DNA of 64,000 nucleotides from an uncultured Pseudomonadota bacterium (lineage in GTDB: Bacteria; Pseudomonadota; Alphaproteobacteria; RF32; CAG-239). Numbering within the stretch: position 1 is the stretch's first letter; every line of letters begins with the position of its first letter. Below the pieces are notes generated by a model. The model saw nothing but the letters and a program-made list of their open reading frames with translations, ran no database searches and was not told where the DNA came from. The DNA is taken from positions 10,771 to 74,770 of the forward strand of contig CADBEI010000002.1 of assembly GCA_902793695.1 (NCBI GenBank), in the 5' to 3' direction. This document shows positions 38,561 to 47,368 of the stretch, one piece after another. The position numbers and the translations under genes were made by a program.

Positions 38561-39111
38561 TGAACAGAATATATTTGAATTTAAAAAATATTCGCTCGCA
38601 AAGTTTCAACGGACTCATCATTGCCTTGTGTTTGTTGCTTGCCGTTATTGCCTTGAGTTATGTTTTATTTCATAATCCGCATAAAGACTTGCATTCCGCA
38701 ATTTTCAAAACTGCCGATAACATTCACAACTATTACCGCGATCAGCCGAATTATTGGAAATTATCAACCGAAACGGCGACAGCGGCTTCATTGGTAGATA
38801 AAAAACTGCTTGAACAAACAAAATATGATTGGAAAATCGGTCAGGGCGCACAAGGCGACACTTCTATGCCGAATGACAACAGCTTCGATATTGCATTGAA
38901 CAAGCTCAATAAATCGGCCTGTATCAATTTAAGCGAATTATCCGTAAGCAAAAAGCAACAGCTGAGTCTACAAAAAATTACCGTCATCAATGACGCGGGA
39001 AACACCGAGTTTTCGTGGGGCAACGAGGAGCACCCGTTGCCGATAGACCGCTACGCCACCCGTCGCTTATGCACGCCGGACGGCAATACGGTTATTTGGA
39101 CTTTTCAATAA
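38560..39111 (+). CDS. Pilin-like protein, non-canonical
   Basis: 183 aa. A basic leader ends in SFNG, followed by a hydrophobic helix (LIIALCLLLAVIALSYVLF). There are two Cys ~50 aa apart near the C-terminus, and the gene sits directly after the platform gene. It lacks the conserved Glu at +5. Confidence 0.35.
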   Translation: MNRIYLNLKNIRSQSFNGLIIALCLLLAVIALSYVLFHNPHKDLHSAIFKTADNIHNYYRDQPNYWKLSTETATAASLVDKKLLEQTKYDWKIGQGAQGDTSMPNDNSFDIALNKLNKSACINLSELSVSKKQQLSLQKITVINDAGNTEFSWGNEEHPLPIDRYATRRLCTPDGNTVIWTFQ

Positions 39112-39117
39112 AAAGCT

Positions 39118-40089
39118 TTATTTTTTACTTTCCGGCACATCAAACAGCGGACGGCCTTGACTCATCCGCGTCATCTGCATTTCGATGGTAGTGGCCAAGT
39201 TGATTTTTCCGGTTTTGATGATGTTACGCGTTTGATCGCCCTGTGTCGTAATAGGGTTGGCAAATAAGAACTGTACCACCGGACGCTTTTTACCGGTACC
39301 GATTAACTGTTGATGAATAACTCCCAAAATACCGCGCGAAAGCAAGTCAAAAGCCAATTCCTCACTCATTTCACCGGCGGAAGCGTGTTTAACTATGGCA
39401 TCAATAGCATCGGCCACGTTGTTGGCGTGAATGGTTGATAAGACCAAGTGGCCGGAAGTAGCGGCACGCAAACATTCGCTCGCGGTTGCCGGAGTACGAA
39501 TCTCGCCCACCAGAATATAACGCGGACGCGAGCGCAAAGCCGAACGCAAAGATGCACCCCAGTCATCATTAATCGGCTGTGTTTGCTTACACATCCCGAC
39601 CGAGCCGTTCATAGCCCGATATTCACCGTCCAGTGGCATTTCAAACGGATCTTCGATAGTATATGCGAATCCACCATTTCTGATTAAATATTCGCGTAAC
39701 AAACTGGATACGGTTGTGGTTTTACCGGAACCGGTGGCACCGCCAAGCAAAATCAGGCCGGAAGCATTGCCGAGCGTAGCCAAATAATTAATCAGCGCCG
39801 GAGGATAACCGAGTGAGGTTAAATCCGGAACCTGCTTCGGCATTTTACGCATACAAAATAAAACTCCGTACATCGAAACCGTGCGTTCAACACGGAAGAA
39901 AAAGTCTTCATAAGTTATGGAATAGCTTGAGCGACCGGTAAACGAGCGCTCCAATAAGTCGTAAAACGCATCAAAATCATCGGGATGAATTTGTCGCAAC
40001 CCGTTTTCCGTACGTTTGTCCGGCACAAACACCTGTTTATCCGGTGTAATATATATATCGGAATAAAATTCATCATTGATACGGCTCAT
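39118..40089 (-). CDS. PilT/DotB-like hexameric secretion ATPase
   Basis: 323 aa with no PilB-type N-domain. Walker A GATGSGKTT, Asp box YTIEDPFE, Walker B RYILVGEIR, His box GHLVLSTIHAN. Confidence 0.8.
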   Translation of the reverse strand: MSRINDEFYSDIYITPDKQVFVPDKRTENGLRQIHPDDFDAFYDLLERSFTGRSSYSITYEDFFFRVERTVSMYGVLFCMRKMPKQVPDLTSLGYPPALINYLATLGNASGLILLGGATGSGKTTTVSSLLREYLIRNGGFAYTIEDPFEMPLDGEYRAMNGSVGMCKQTQPINDDWGASLRSALRSRPRYILVGEIRTPATASECLRAATSGHLVLSTIHANNVADAIDAIVKHASAGEMSEELAFDLLSRGILGVIHQQLIGTGKKRPVVQFLFANPITTQGDQTRNIIKTGKINLATTIEMQMTRMSQGRPLFDVPESKK

Positions 40090-40243
40090 ATTTTCCTCCT
40101 GTTTTTGCTCGGATTATAGGCTTTATTTTATAAAATGTCCATAAAAAAGCAAAACATTCATATTCTTATTGTCAGCGCGCAAAAAATATTTTATATTGCT
40201 TATCATAAATTGGACTATAATACCGTATAAGGCGGAAAGCAGA

Positions 40244-42199
40244 ATGAAAGTATTTGGATTTTTTCTGATGTTTGTTATCGGATTGGTTGTAATATTGCTG
40301 ATCGGACATCCGTTATGGTATTCGGAAAAGCTGACCTTTCCGCTGTTGATATCCGTGGAAAACATCAAACCGATGATGATGTTGTTGCTATGCGTGCCGT
40401 ATGTCTTATTGTGGCTGATTGCGGTTTTTATTTATAAAAAACGCGACGAAATTATGCAACGACTGTCAAAAATAAAAGCTTTCAAAAGTTATATATTTAT
40501 TCTGCCGTTTGCAAAACCTTATTGGATTCGGGCGGTTATTTCCATTATTATAACCATCCCCATCGGGGCAATGGACGCGGTAATTGCTTGGTCGCTTAAG
40601 CCGTTTATGGATGTGGTTTTGATTGAAAAACAAACCGGCTGGACTATGTATATACCGCTGATGATTATCTTTTTCAGTGTTTTGCAAGCGCTTTTCACTT
40701 ATTTAGCAACATATCTGAATGCGTGGGTAGGCAATAAAATATCAACCGATTTGAAACGGCAGTTGTTCAATCGACTTATCCGCCACGATGCCGCATTTTT
40801 TGATAAAAATGACTCCGGTTTTATACTGCTTCGTTTCCATAATGATGCGGAAACTGCCTGTAGCGGTCTGTTAAACAGTATTCGCTTGTTCTCGACACGT
40901 TTCTTTTCTTCGCTGTCTTTGTTAGCTGTGTTGTTTTATAACTCGTGGAAACTGGCTTTGGTGGCAAGTGTTGTTTTATTCGGCGCATTGTTACCGCTGA
41001 CAAAGGTAAAAAAACGCTTGAACTCCGTTGTATCCAAAGATGCGAATATTATGGCGATAGTTTTGAAAGATTACAATGAGGTGTTCAGCGGAAACCGCAT
41101 TATTACAGCATATAATCTGTTTGATTATTGCAAACGAAAATTCGCTGACAGTGTGAATGAAATATTTAATCTTTCTTTGCAAATACAGCGCAAAACCGGC
41201 ACAATTTCACCGATTATGCATACCATTTCGTCTTTCGGTATTGCTTTTGTTATATGGTACGGCAGTTATTTGATTGTTTCGCAGCAAATTACCGTCGGTA
41301 ACTTTGCCTCATTCGTCACCTCGTTGGTGATGCTTTATAACCCGCTTAAATCCATTGGCAACAACGCCAGCAGTATCGTTATGTCGTTGATGGCAGTTGA
41401 TAGAATTGCCGAATTGTTGCAAAGCAAAAACAATATTGCGAATGCGACTGATGCCGTATCGCTACCATCTTGCCGCGGCAATATTGAATATAAAGACGTT
41501 TCTTTTGCTTATGTTCCGAATAAACCGGTGCTCAAACACATAAATTTAAGCATAAAATCGGGACAAACCATAGCGTTGGTAGGTAATTCCGGCGGTGGAA
41601 AATCTACCATTTCGGTTTTGTTGCCGCGCTTTTATGAAGTAACCGGCGGCGCCATAACCATTGACGGCACTGATATTCGCAAAATAAATCTGGAAAGTCT
41701 GCGCGACAATATCGCCATTGTATTCCAAGATAATTTTCTGTTCGGCGGCACCATTCGAGAGAATATTTTGCTGGGCCGTACCGATGTTTCGGAAGAACGT
41801 TTGCATGAAGTGATTAAAGCGGCTTGTTTGGAAGAATTTGTTAACTCACTGGATAAGGGGTTGGATACCGAAATCGGAGAACGCGGTGTTCTGGTTTCGG
41901 GTGGGCAAAAGCAGCGAATTGCCATTGCACGGGCATTTGTGAAAAACGCGCCGATTCTGATTTTGGACGAGGCTACGTCGGCGCTTGATAACAAATCGGA
42001 AAAAATCGTACAACAGGCTATTGATAATTTAATGAAAAACCGTACCGTGTTGGTTATAGCACACAGGCTCTCTACGGTTCGCAATGCAGATTATATTGCG
42101 GTTATAAACAACGGAGAAATCGTCGAACGCGGTTCGCACGAAGAGTTGCTCGCCAAAGACGGAGAATATGCCGCACTTTATAAAACTCAATTAAGCTGA
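40244..42199 (+). CDS. MsbA-like fused ABC exporter (TMD+NBD)
   Basis: Track start 40169 is TTG; the ATG at 40244 is preferred. Walker A GNSGGGKST, signature VSGGQKQRIAIARA, Walker B ILILDEATSALD. An N-terminal ~90-aa extension with two extra hydrophobic helices precedes the usual six-helix TMD. Confidence 0.85.
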   Translation: MKVFGFFLMFVIGLVVILLIGHPLWYSEKLTFPLLISVENIKPMMMLLLCVPYVLLWLIAVFIYKKRDEIMQRLSKIKAFKSYIFILPFAKPYWIRAVISIIITIPIGAMDAVIAWSLKPFMDVVLIEKQTGWTMYIPLMIIFFSVLQALFTYLATYLNAWVGNKISTDLKRQLFNRLIRHDAAFFDKNDSGFILLRFHNDAETACSGLLNSIRLFSTRFFSSLSLLAVLFYNSWKLALVASVVLFGALLPLTKVKKRLNSVVSKDANIMAIVLKDYNEVFSGNRIITAYNLFDYCKRKFADSVNEIFNLSLQIQRKTGTISPIMHTISSFGIAFVIWYGSYLIVSQQITVGNFASFVTSLVMLYNPLKSIGNNASSIVMSLMAVDRIAELLQSKNNIANATDAVSLPSCRGNIEYKDVSFAYVPNKPVLKHINLSIKSGQTIALVGNSGGGKSTISVLLPRFYEVTGGAITIDGTDIRKINLESLRDNIAIVFQDNFLFGGTIRENILLGRTDVSEERLHEVIKAACLEEFVNSLDKGLDTEIGERGVLVSGGQKQRIAIARAFVKNAPILILDEATSALDNKSEKIVQQAIDNLMKNRTVLVIAHRLSTVRNADYIAVINNGEIVERGSHEELLAKDGEYAALYKTQLS

Positions 42200-42370
42200 T
42201 TTTCACACTTTTTTATCGGCGACAACCGATTGTTTTTGCTTAATAATTTGTGTTCAAATCAAATGACAAAAAATTCCGTAGATTATATCCGATTAACATT
42301 GCGATTCATCTGTTTTTAAATACAACTAACATACTGTTTTACTCTTAATCAAAACAAGGTAATCTTTTCT

Positions 42371-42420
42371 GATTATTTAAGATTATTTAAGATTATTTAA
42401 GATTATTTTCGATTGCTTCC
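42371..42420. repeat. 10-bp tandem repeat (gattatttaa x3 perfect plus 2 degenerate)
   Basis: Read directly: gattatttaa gattatttaa gattatttaa gattattttc gattgcttcc. It lies in the non-coding gap between convergent genes. Confidence 0.9.
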
Positions 42421-42477
42421 GCAAAAAGGTATAACGGATGCACACAGTTATTTGGTAGCAAACACCCCAAAACAAAG

Positions 42478-42500
42478 CGCGCCATCATCAAGGTGGCGCG
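42478..42500 (-). terminator. Rho-independent terminator downstream of the S66 peptidase gene
   Basis: 7-bp GC-rich stem CGCGCCA/TGGCGCG with a 9-nt loop. On the minus strand it is followed by CTTTGTTTTGGGG, ~20 nt after the stop. Confidence 0.55.
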
Positions 42501-42521
42501 TCTTTCTCTGTTTATAGGATA

Positions 42522-43502
42522 TTATTTTTCAATTATCAGTTTGCCGTTATCAAGCGTGGCCGTGCCGCCGAGCGGAATGGTGATAATCGGCGTCGAGTGA
42601 CCGTAATCAACATTGGCAAGCACCGGAATATTTTTAAGTTCCGGTTTATTGTTAATGATGAATTCCAGCATTTCGCGCGACATTTTTGAGCCTTTTTGAA
42701 AACGACCGATAACCAAACCTTTAACGTTTTTAAAATCCGGCTGATGGCAAAGTGCCTGCAAATTGCGATCAAACACCACATCATTGGTATCGCAGGCATC
42801 TTCAATCATCAAAATCGTATCTGCAGGAAATTCCGGACGATACGATGTGCCCAACAACAGATTAAACGTGCATAAATTGCCGCCGACAATCGTACCTCCG
42901 GCACTACCGTTATGAATATTCCAGAAGCCATCATTTTTGATAAAATCACGTTTTTCTTGGTCAATAAACCACAAATCATCGCTCCATTCGACAGACGGTT
43001 TAATTTCTACCGGTGCATCGGTAAACAGCATTTTTTGCAAATAATCGAGCGTATATTCACAGCCTTTTTTCATACCGATTGAGCTGAAATGCGGTCCGTA
43101 ATAGGTTTCCAGTCCGGTACGGGCGGTAATAGCGTCAAGCACAGCGGTAATATCGGAAAAACCACAGATAATCTTCGGATTAGCTTTAATCACATCATAA
43201 TCCAAATGCGCCAAAATTTGATTGGAATTGAAACCGCCGATAACCGTAAAAATTGCCTTAACCGACTTATCCTTAAAGGCGGTCATAATATCGGCGGCGC
43301 GTTGTTCAATCGAGCCGCAACCTTGCATATTCCAATTCTCGTCGGTGGTATTCGGAGCAAATTCCACCGTTAAGCCCATATCATTAAAGCGCTTGACAGC
43401 AATTTCTCGGCAATCCTGCCCGATAAGTTTCAGACCGCGTGACGGTGCAATTATCATTATTTTATCGCCCTTTTGCAATTTTTGCGGAATAATTTTTTGC
43501 AT
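42522..43502 (-). CDS. Peptidase S66 family (LD-carboxypeptidase LdcA / MccF-like)
   Basis: N-terminal GDKIMIIAPS, nucleophile motif ICGFSDITAV, length 326 aa. Confidence 0.75.
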   Translation of the reverse strand: MQKIIPQKLQKGDKIMIIAPSRGLKLIGQDCREIAVKRFNDMGLTVEFAPNTTDENWNMQGCGSIEQRAADIMTAFKDKSVKAIFTVIGGFNSNQILAHLDYDVIKANPKIICGFSDITAVLDAITARTGLETYYGPHFSSIGMKKGCEYTLDYLQKMLFTDAPVEIKPSVEWSDDLWFIDQEKRDFIKNDGFWNIHNGSAGGTIVGGNLCTFNLLLGTSYRPEFPADTILMIEDACDTNDVVFDRNLQALCHQPDFKNVKGLVIGRFQKGSKMSREMLEFIINNKPELKNIPVLANVDYGHSTPIITIPLGGTATLDNGKLIIEK

Positions 43503-44051
43503 TTATTTTTCCTCCTGTTTGATAAGCGGCTTGCAACCGCAATAGTTTTGATTATATAAATCCAATTCTTTGATAAGTGCGGCGCGAAGTTCCTGCATTC
43601 CGTGTTTGCGTCCGGCCGCTTTGTAGGCTGACTCATTGACTTGCGCCAGATTTTTCCAGCGTGATACCCCCAAAACCGATGCCACCGCGGTATAACCGTT
43701 TGCTTTGGCATATTCCATCACCCGTTTCAAGCGCATATAAAAGCAAATCGAGCAACGTTTGCCGCGCTCCGGCTCGTTTTCCAAACCGCTGGTTAATTCA
43801 CACCAACGCTCATTATCATACTCTAATTCAATAAACGGCACATCGTAAAGTTTGCACACGCGCTCGTTTTCAGCGCGGCGCTTAATATATTCGGCAAGCG
43901 GACGAATATTAGGATTATAAAACACCACCGCAAAATCACGCCCAGCTTCGGACAGCGTTTTAATCACGGCACACGAACACGGCGCACAGCACGAAAGCAA
44001 TAAAAACTTACCTGCAAAATTCTGCGGCACTATATCGAATTCCACGTTCAC
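43503..44051 (-). CDS. queH: Epoxyqueuosine reductase QueH (DUF208)
   Basis: [10 protein letters not shown] motif near the N-terminus, additional Cys pairs (CSICF, CGCK), ~180 aa. Confidence 0.7.
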   Translation of the reverse strand: MNVEFDIVPQNFAGKFLLLSCCAPCSCAVIKTLSEAGRDFAVVFYNPNIRPLAEYIKRRAENERVCKLYDVPFIELEYDNERWCELTSGLENEPERGKRCSICFYMRLKRVMEYAKANGYTAVASVLGVSRWKNLAQVNESAYKAAGRKHGMQELRAALIKELDLYNQNYCGCKPLIKQEEK

Positions 44052-46800
44052 TTCAACTTGCCTTTCAGATATTTACCGGTAAAGCTCTTTTTGTTTTTCA
44101 CTACTTCCTCCGGTGTACCTTGAGCCACAATCGTACCGCCGCCGTCGCCACCCTCCGGCCCCACGTCAACAATATAATCCGCCATTTTAATCACATCGAG
44201 ATTATGTTCGATAACCACCACGGTGTTGCCCTGCTCCACCAACATTTCCAACACATCAAGCAAGTGCTGAATATCCTCAAAATGAAGTCCGGTTGTAGGC
44301 TCATCCAAGATATATAATGTCTTACCGGTGGCTTTTTTGCTCAACTCTTTGGAAAGTTTAATGCGTTGTGCCTCACCGCCGGAAAGTGTCGGTGCCGGCT
44401 GTCCGAGTTTGACATATCCCAAACCCACACGGCGCAACAAATCCAACCGTCGCTTAATCGCCGGAATATTCTCAAAAAACTTGTAGGCATCGTCAATGGT
44501 CATATCCAAAACATCGGCAATTGACTTGTCTCTGAACTTAACCTCCAGCGTTTCGCGGTTATAACGCGTGCCGTGGCAAGCATCGCACGGAACATATACG
44601 TCCGGCAAAAAATTCATCTCGATTTTCATCACGCCGTCGCCTTTGCAAGCCTCGCAACGACCGCCGGCAACATTAAACGAAAAATAGCCCGAAGTATAGC
44701 CGCGCGCTTTGGCTTCCGGCAACTCGGCGAACCAATCGCGAATATTGGTAAACACACCGGTATAAGTGGCCGGATTGGAGCGTGGAGTACGCCCGATGGG
44801 AGATTGGTCAATATCTATCACTTTATCGATATTTTCCAAGCCGATGAGCTTATCATACGGCCCGGGCGGCACCCGAGAACCGTTCATTTCTTTATCCACC
44901 GCCTTAAACAGCGTTTCCAAAATCAGCGAAGATTTGCCGCTGCCGGAAATACCGGTAACACAGGTAAAAGTGCCGAGCGGTATTTTTAAATCAACATTCT
45001 TCAAATTGTTGGTACGTGCGCCTTTAAGTTCCAAAAATTTGCCGTTACCTTTACGGCGCTTAAGCGGTAGGGTAATTTCTTTTTCGCCGTTTAAATATTT
45101 AGCGGTCAGGCTGTTTGGATTATGCAAAACTTCGTCCACTGTGCCGCAAGCTGTGACTTCGCCACCGAAAGTGCCGGCCAGAGGCCCCATATCCACCAGA
45201 TAATCGGCAGCACGCATGGCGTCCTCATCGTGTTCCACCACAATCACGGTGTTGCCGATATCGCGCAAACGGCGCAAACTGTCGAGAAGTTTATCGTTAT
45301 CGCGTTGGTGCAAACCGATGGAAGGCTCGTCCAAAACATACATCACTCCGGTTAAGCCGGTACCGATTTGTGAGGCTAAGCGAATCCGCTGTGCTTCTCC
45401 GCCGGAAAGGGTTCCCGATTGTCGTGATAAAGTCAGATAATCAAGCCCTACATTATTCAAAAAGCTCAGACGCTCCTTAATTTCTTTTAGTATTTTGCGG
45501 GCAATTTCGCGTTTTTGCGGAGTTAATTGTTCTTCCACTCCGTTAAACCAAGCCAAAGCCTGTTTTACCGACATATTACTTGCATCCATAATATCAAGTC
45601 CGGCAATTTTAACCGCCAAAGCCTCTTGTTTGAGGCGCTTACCGTGGCAAACTTCGCACGGTGCGGCAGACTGATAGTGAGAAAGTTCATCACGTACCGC
45701 CGCCGAATCGGTTTCCACAAAGCGCCGCTCCAAATTCGGAATCACACCTTCAAACGGTTTATCCGTAACCCATTTGGAATATACCATCGGCACGCAACGA
45801 TTGCCGGAACCGTAGAGAATCGTCTCCTGTGCATAGGCCGGTAAATCTTTCCACGGCGTTTTGTTGGAAATATCCAAATATTCACACAAAGAATTTAAGG
45901 TTTGACGATAAAAAATCGAATGGCTGCTGACCGACCACGGGGCAATCGCGCCGCCGGCCAGACTCAGATTTTCATTCGGCACCACCAACTCCGGATCCAT
46001 ATATAAGCTGGCACCCAAACCTCCGCAATGCGGACAAGCACCCTGCGGATTGTTGAAAGAAAACAACCGCGGTTCGATTTCTTCAATGGTAAATCCCGAC
46101 ACCGGACAAGCAAATTTGGAAGAAAACGTAGTGCGCGATTTATCGCCTATATTCTCAACATACAAAAGTCCGTCACTCAATTTCAGCGCAGTTTCCACCG
46201 ATTGTGCCACACGGGTTTGAATTCCCTCTTTTATCACAATACGGTCGACCACCACTTCAATATTGTGTTTGATGTTTTTATTCAAATTCGGCAGTTCTTC
46301 AATGTTATAAATTTCGCCGTCAATATCCAAACGCTGAAAACCTTTTTTTTGCAACTCGGCAAATTCTTTTTTAAATTCGCCTTTTTTGCCGCGTGCTATC
46401 GGCGAAAGCAAAATCAGTTTTGAGCCCTGCGGATATTCCAGAATTTTATCAACCATTTGCGTGGTGGATTGCGCCTCAATCGGCAAACCGGTGGCCGGAG
46501 AATACGGAGTTCCGGCACGCGCCCACAGCAAACGCATATAATCATAGATTTCGGTAATGGTGCCGACGGTAGAACGCGGATTGTGAGAAACGGTTTTCTG
46601 CTCAATGGAAATAGCCGGCGATAAACCCTCTATCGAATCGACATCCGGCTTGTTCATCAAATCGAGAAACTGACGGGCATAGACCGACAAACTTTCCACA
46701 TAGCGCCGCTGTCCTTCGGCATAAATCGTATCAAATGCCAATGACTTTTAAGGTTGTGCTGTCGTGCGCCTTTAATTTCGATATATTTACTCTCTGCCAT
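44048..46800 (-). pseudogene. uvrA: uvrA (excinuclease ABC subunit A) with an N-terminal lesion: first Walker A segment missing plus a frame change
   Basis: The 897-aa frame (44048..46741) is unmistakably UvrA from [26 protein letters not shown] onward. The true N-terminus [19 protein letters not shown] is in another frame (ATG 46800). The two frames abut at ~46741-46746, with the expected ~23 aa containing G-x-S-G-S-G-K-S-S absent. Confidence 0.6.
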
Positions 46801-46866
46801 TTTTTTCTCCGTTGTATCCGATATATACCAATCAACAGCATTTCGCAACAGTTTAATAAATAAAAC

Positions 46867-46895
46867 TTGCTTTTTTTAAGCAAACTGATTACAAT
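46867..46895 (+). promoter_or_regulatory. Sigma70-like promoter (TTGCTT-17-TACAAT)
   Basis: -35 at 46867-46872, exactly 17-nt spacer, -10 at 46890-46895. The -35 is embedded in the hairpin TTGCTTtttttAAGCAA. Confidence 0.4.
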
Positions 46896-46901
46896 GACTG
46901 T

Positions 46902-47050
46902 TGCAGATAAGAGATTGTTTGCGGAGTGTCGAAGCTTCACCAATAGAAAATAACTCCTCGATGGTGGGGAGCCGGTTGAATATATTGAATAGACCGGACT
47001 GACTATTGGCAGTTTCGAACTCCCGACCACTTTTTTGAGTGGTCTTTTTG
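46902..47050 (+). ncRNA. Candidate ~150-nt structured leader or small RNA ending in an intrinsic terminator
   Basis: Lies between the promoter above and the terminator GACCAC-ttttttga-GTGGTC-TTTTT (47025-47049). Nested helices are visible: GGTGGGGAG...CTCCCGACC, CCGGT...ACCGG, ACTG...CAGT. No family recognised. Confidence 0.3.
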
Positions 47051-47081
47051 TTTTGATAACTGCAAAAAGGAGTTCTGAAAA

Positions 47082-47306
47082 ATGAGTACGCATAATCTGC
47101 TCAGCAAAGAAGTTTTAACGGAAATTTGCGCACAATTTAAACAGTTAAGGATTGAACATCAACTCAGTATTGAGGAATTGCAAGTCGCCACAAACCTTAG
47201 TCTCAAAGTATTAAAACGTATGGAAAACGGCAAATGTATGCCTTTCAGATATTATCGGCGTTTGCTGGAATTTTATGGTAAAAAAGCCCGAGTTGTAATT
47301 GAATAA
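47082..47306 (+). CDS. Small XRE-family HTH protein
   Basis: 74 aa, AAAGGAG RBS, HTH-like segment LRIEHQLSIEELQVATNLSLKVLKRMENG. Confidence 0.6.
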   Translation: MSTHNLLSKEVLTEICAQFKQLRIEHQLSIEELQVATNLSLKVLKRMENGKCMPFRYYRRLLEFYGKKARVVIE

Positions 47307-47312
47307 AGTCGT

Positions 47313-47349
47313 AAAAAAGGCTCGGATAACGCGTTTCCCGAGCCTTTTT
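47313..47349. terminator. Bidirectional intrinsic terminator between the XRE gene and tyrS
   Basis: AAAAAA-GGCTCGG-12 nt loop-CCGAGCC-TTTTT. Confidence 0.7.
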
Positions 47350-47368
47350 ATTTTTGATAGCAATCCGT

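Noticed and set aside
114-40089. Interpreting T4SS + pilus as a conjugative plasmid or ICE transfer region
   Set aside because: No relaxase, coupling protein, oriT-like repeat, integrase, partition or replication genes are seen in the window. The composition matches the flanking housekeeping genes. The locus is kept as a possible domesticated system only.
42371-42420. Possible CRISPR or iteron array
   Set aside because: The units are 10 bp and directly abutting with no spacers. No cas or rep genes are nearby.
46963-47030. tRNA- or tmRNA-like element (TTCGAA T-loop-like string, long-range GGTGGGGAG/CTCCCGACC pairing)
   Set aside because: I could not fold a cloverleaf. The would-be T-stem has a C-C mismatch. 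The acceptor 3' strand pairs with downstream terminator sequence instead of a 5' strand. No tag ORF or CCA context fits a one- or two-piece tmRNA.
46731-47093. 120-aa minus-strand ORF spanning the uvrA 5' end and the intergenic region
   Set aside because: It overlaps the uvrA N-terminal coding fragment, a plus-strand promoter/terminator pair and the start of the XRE gene. No RBS or motif.
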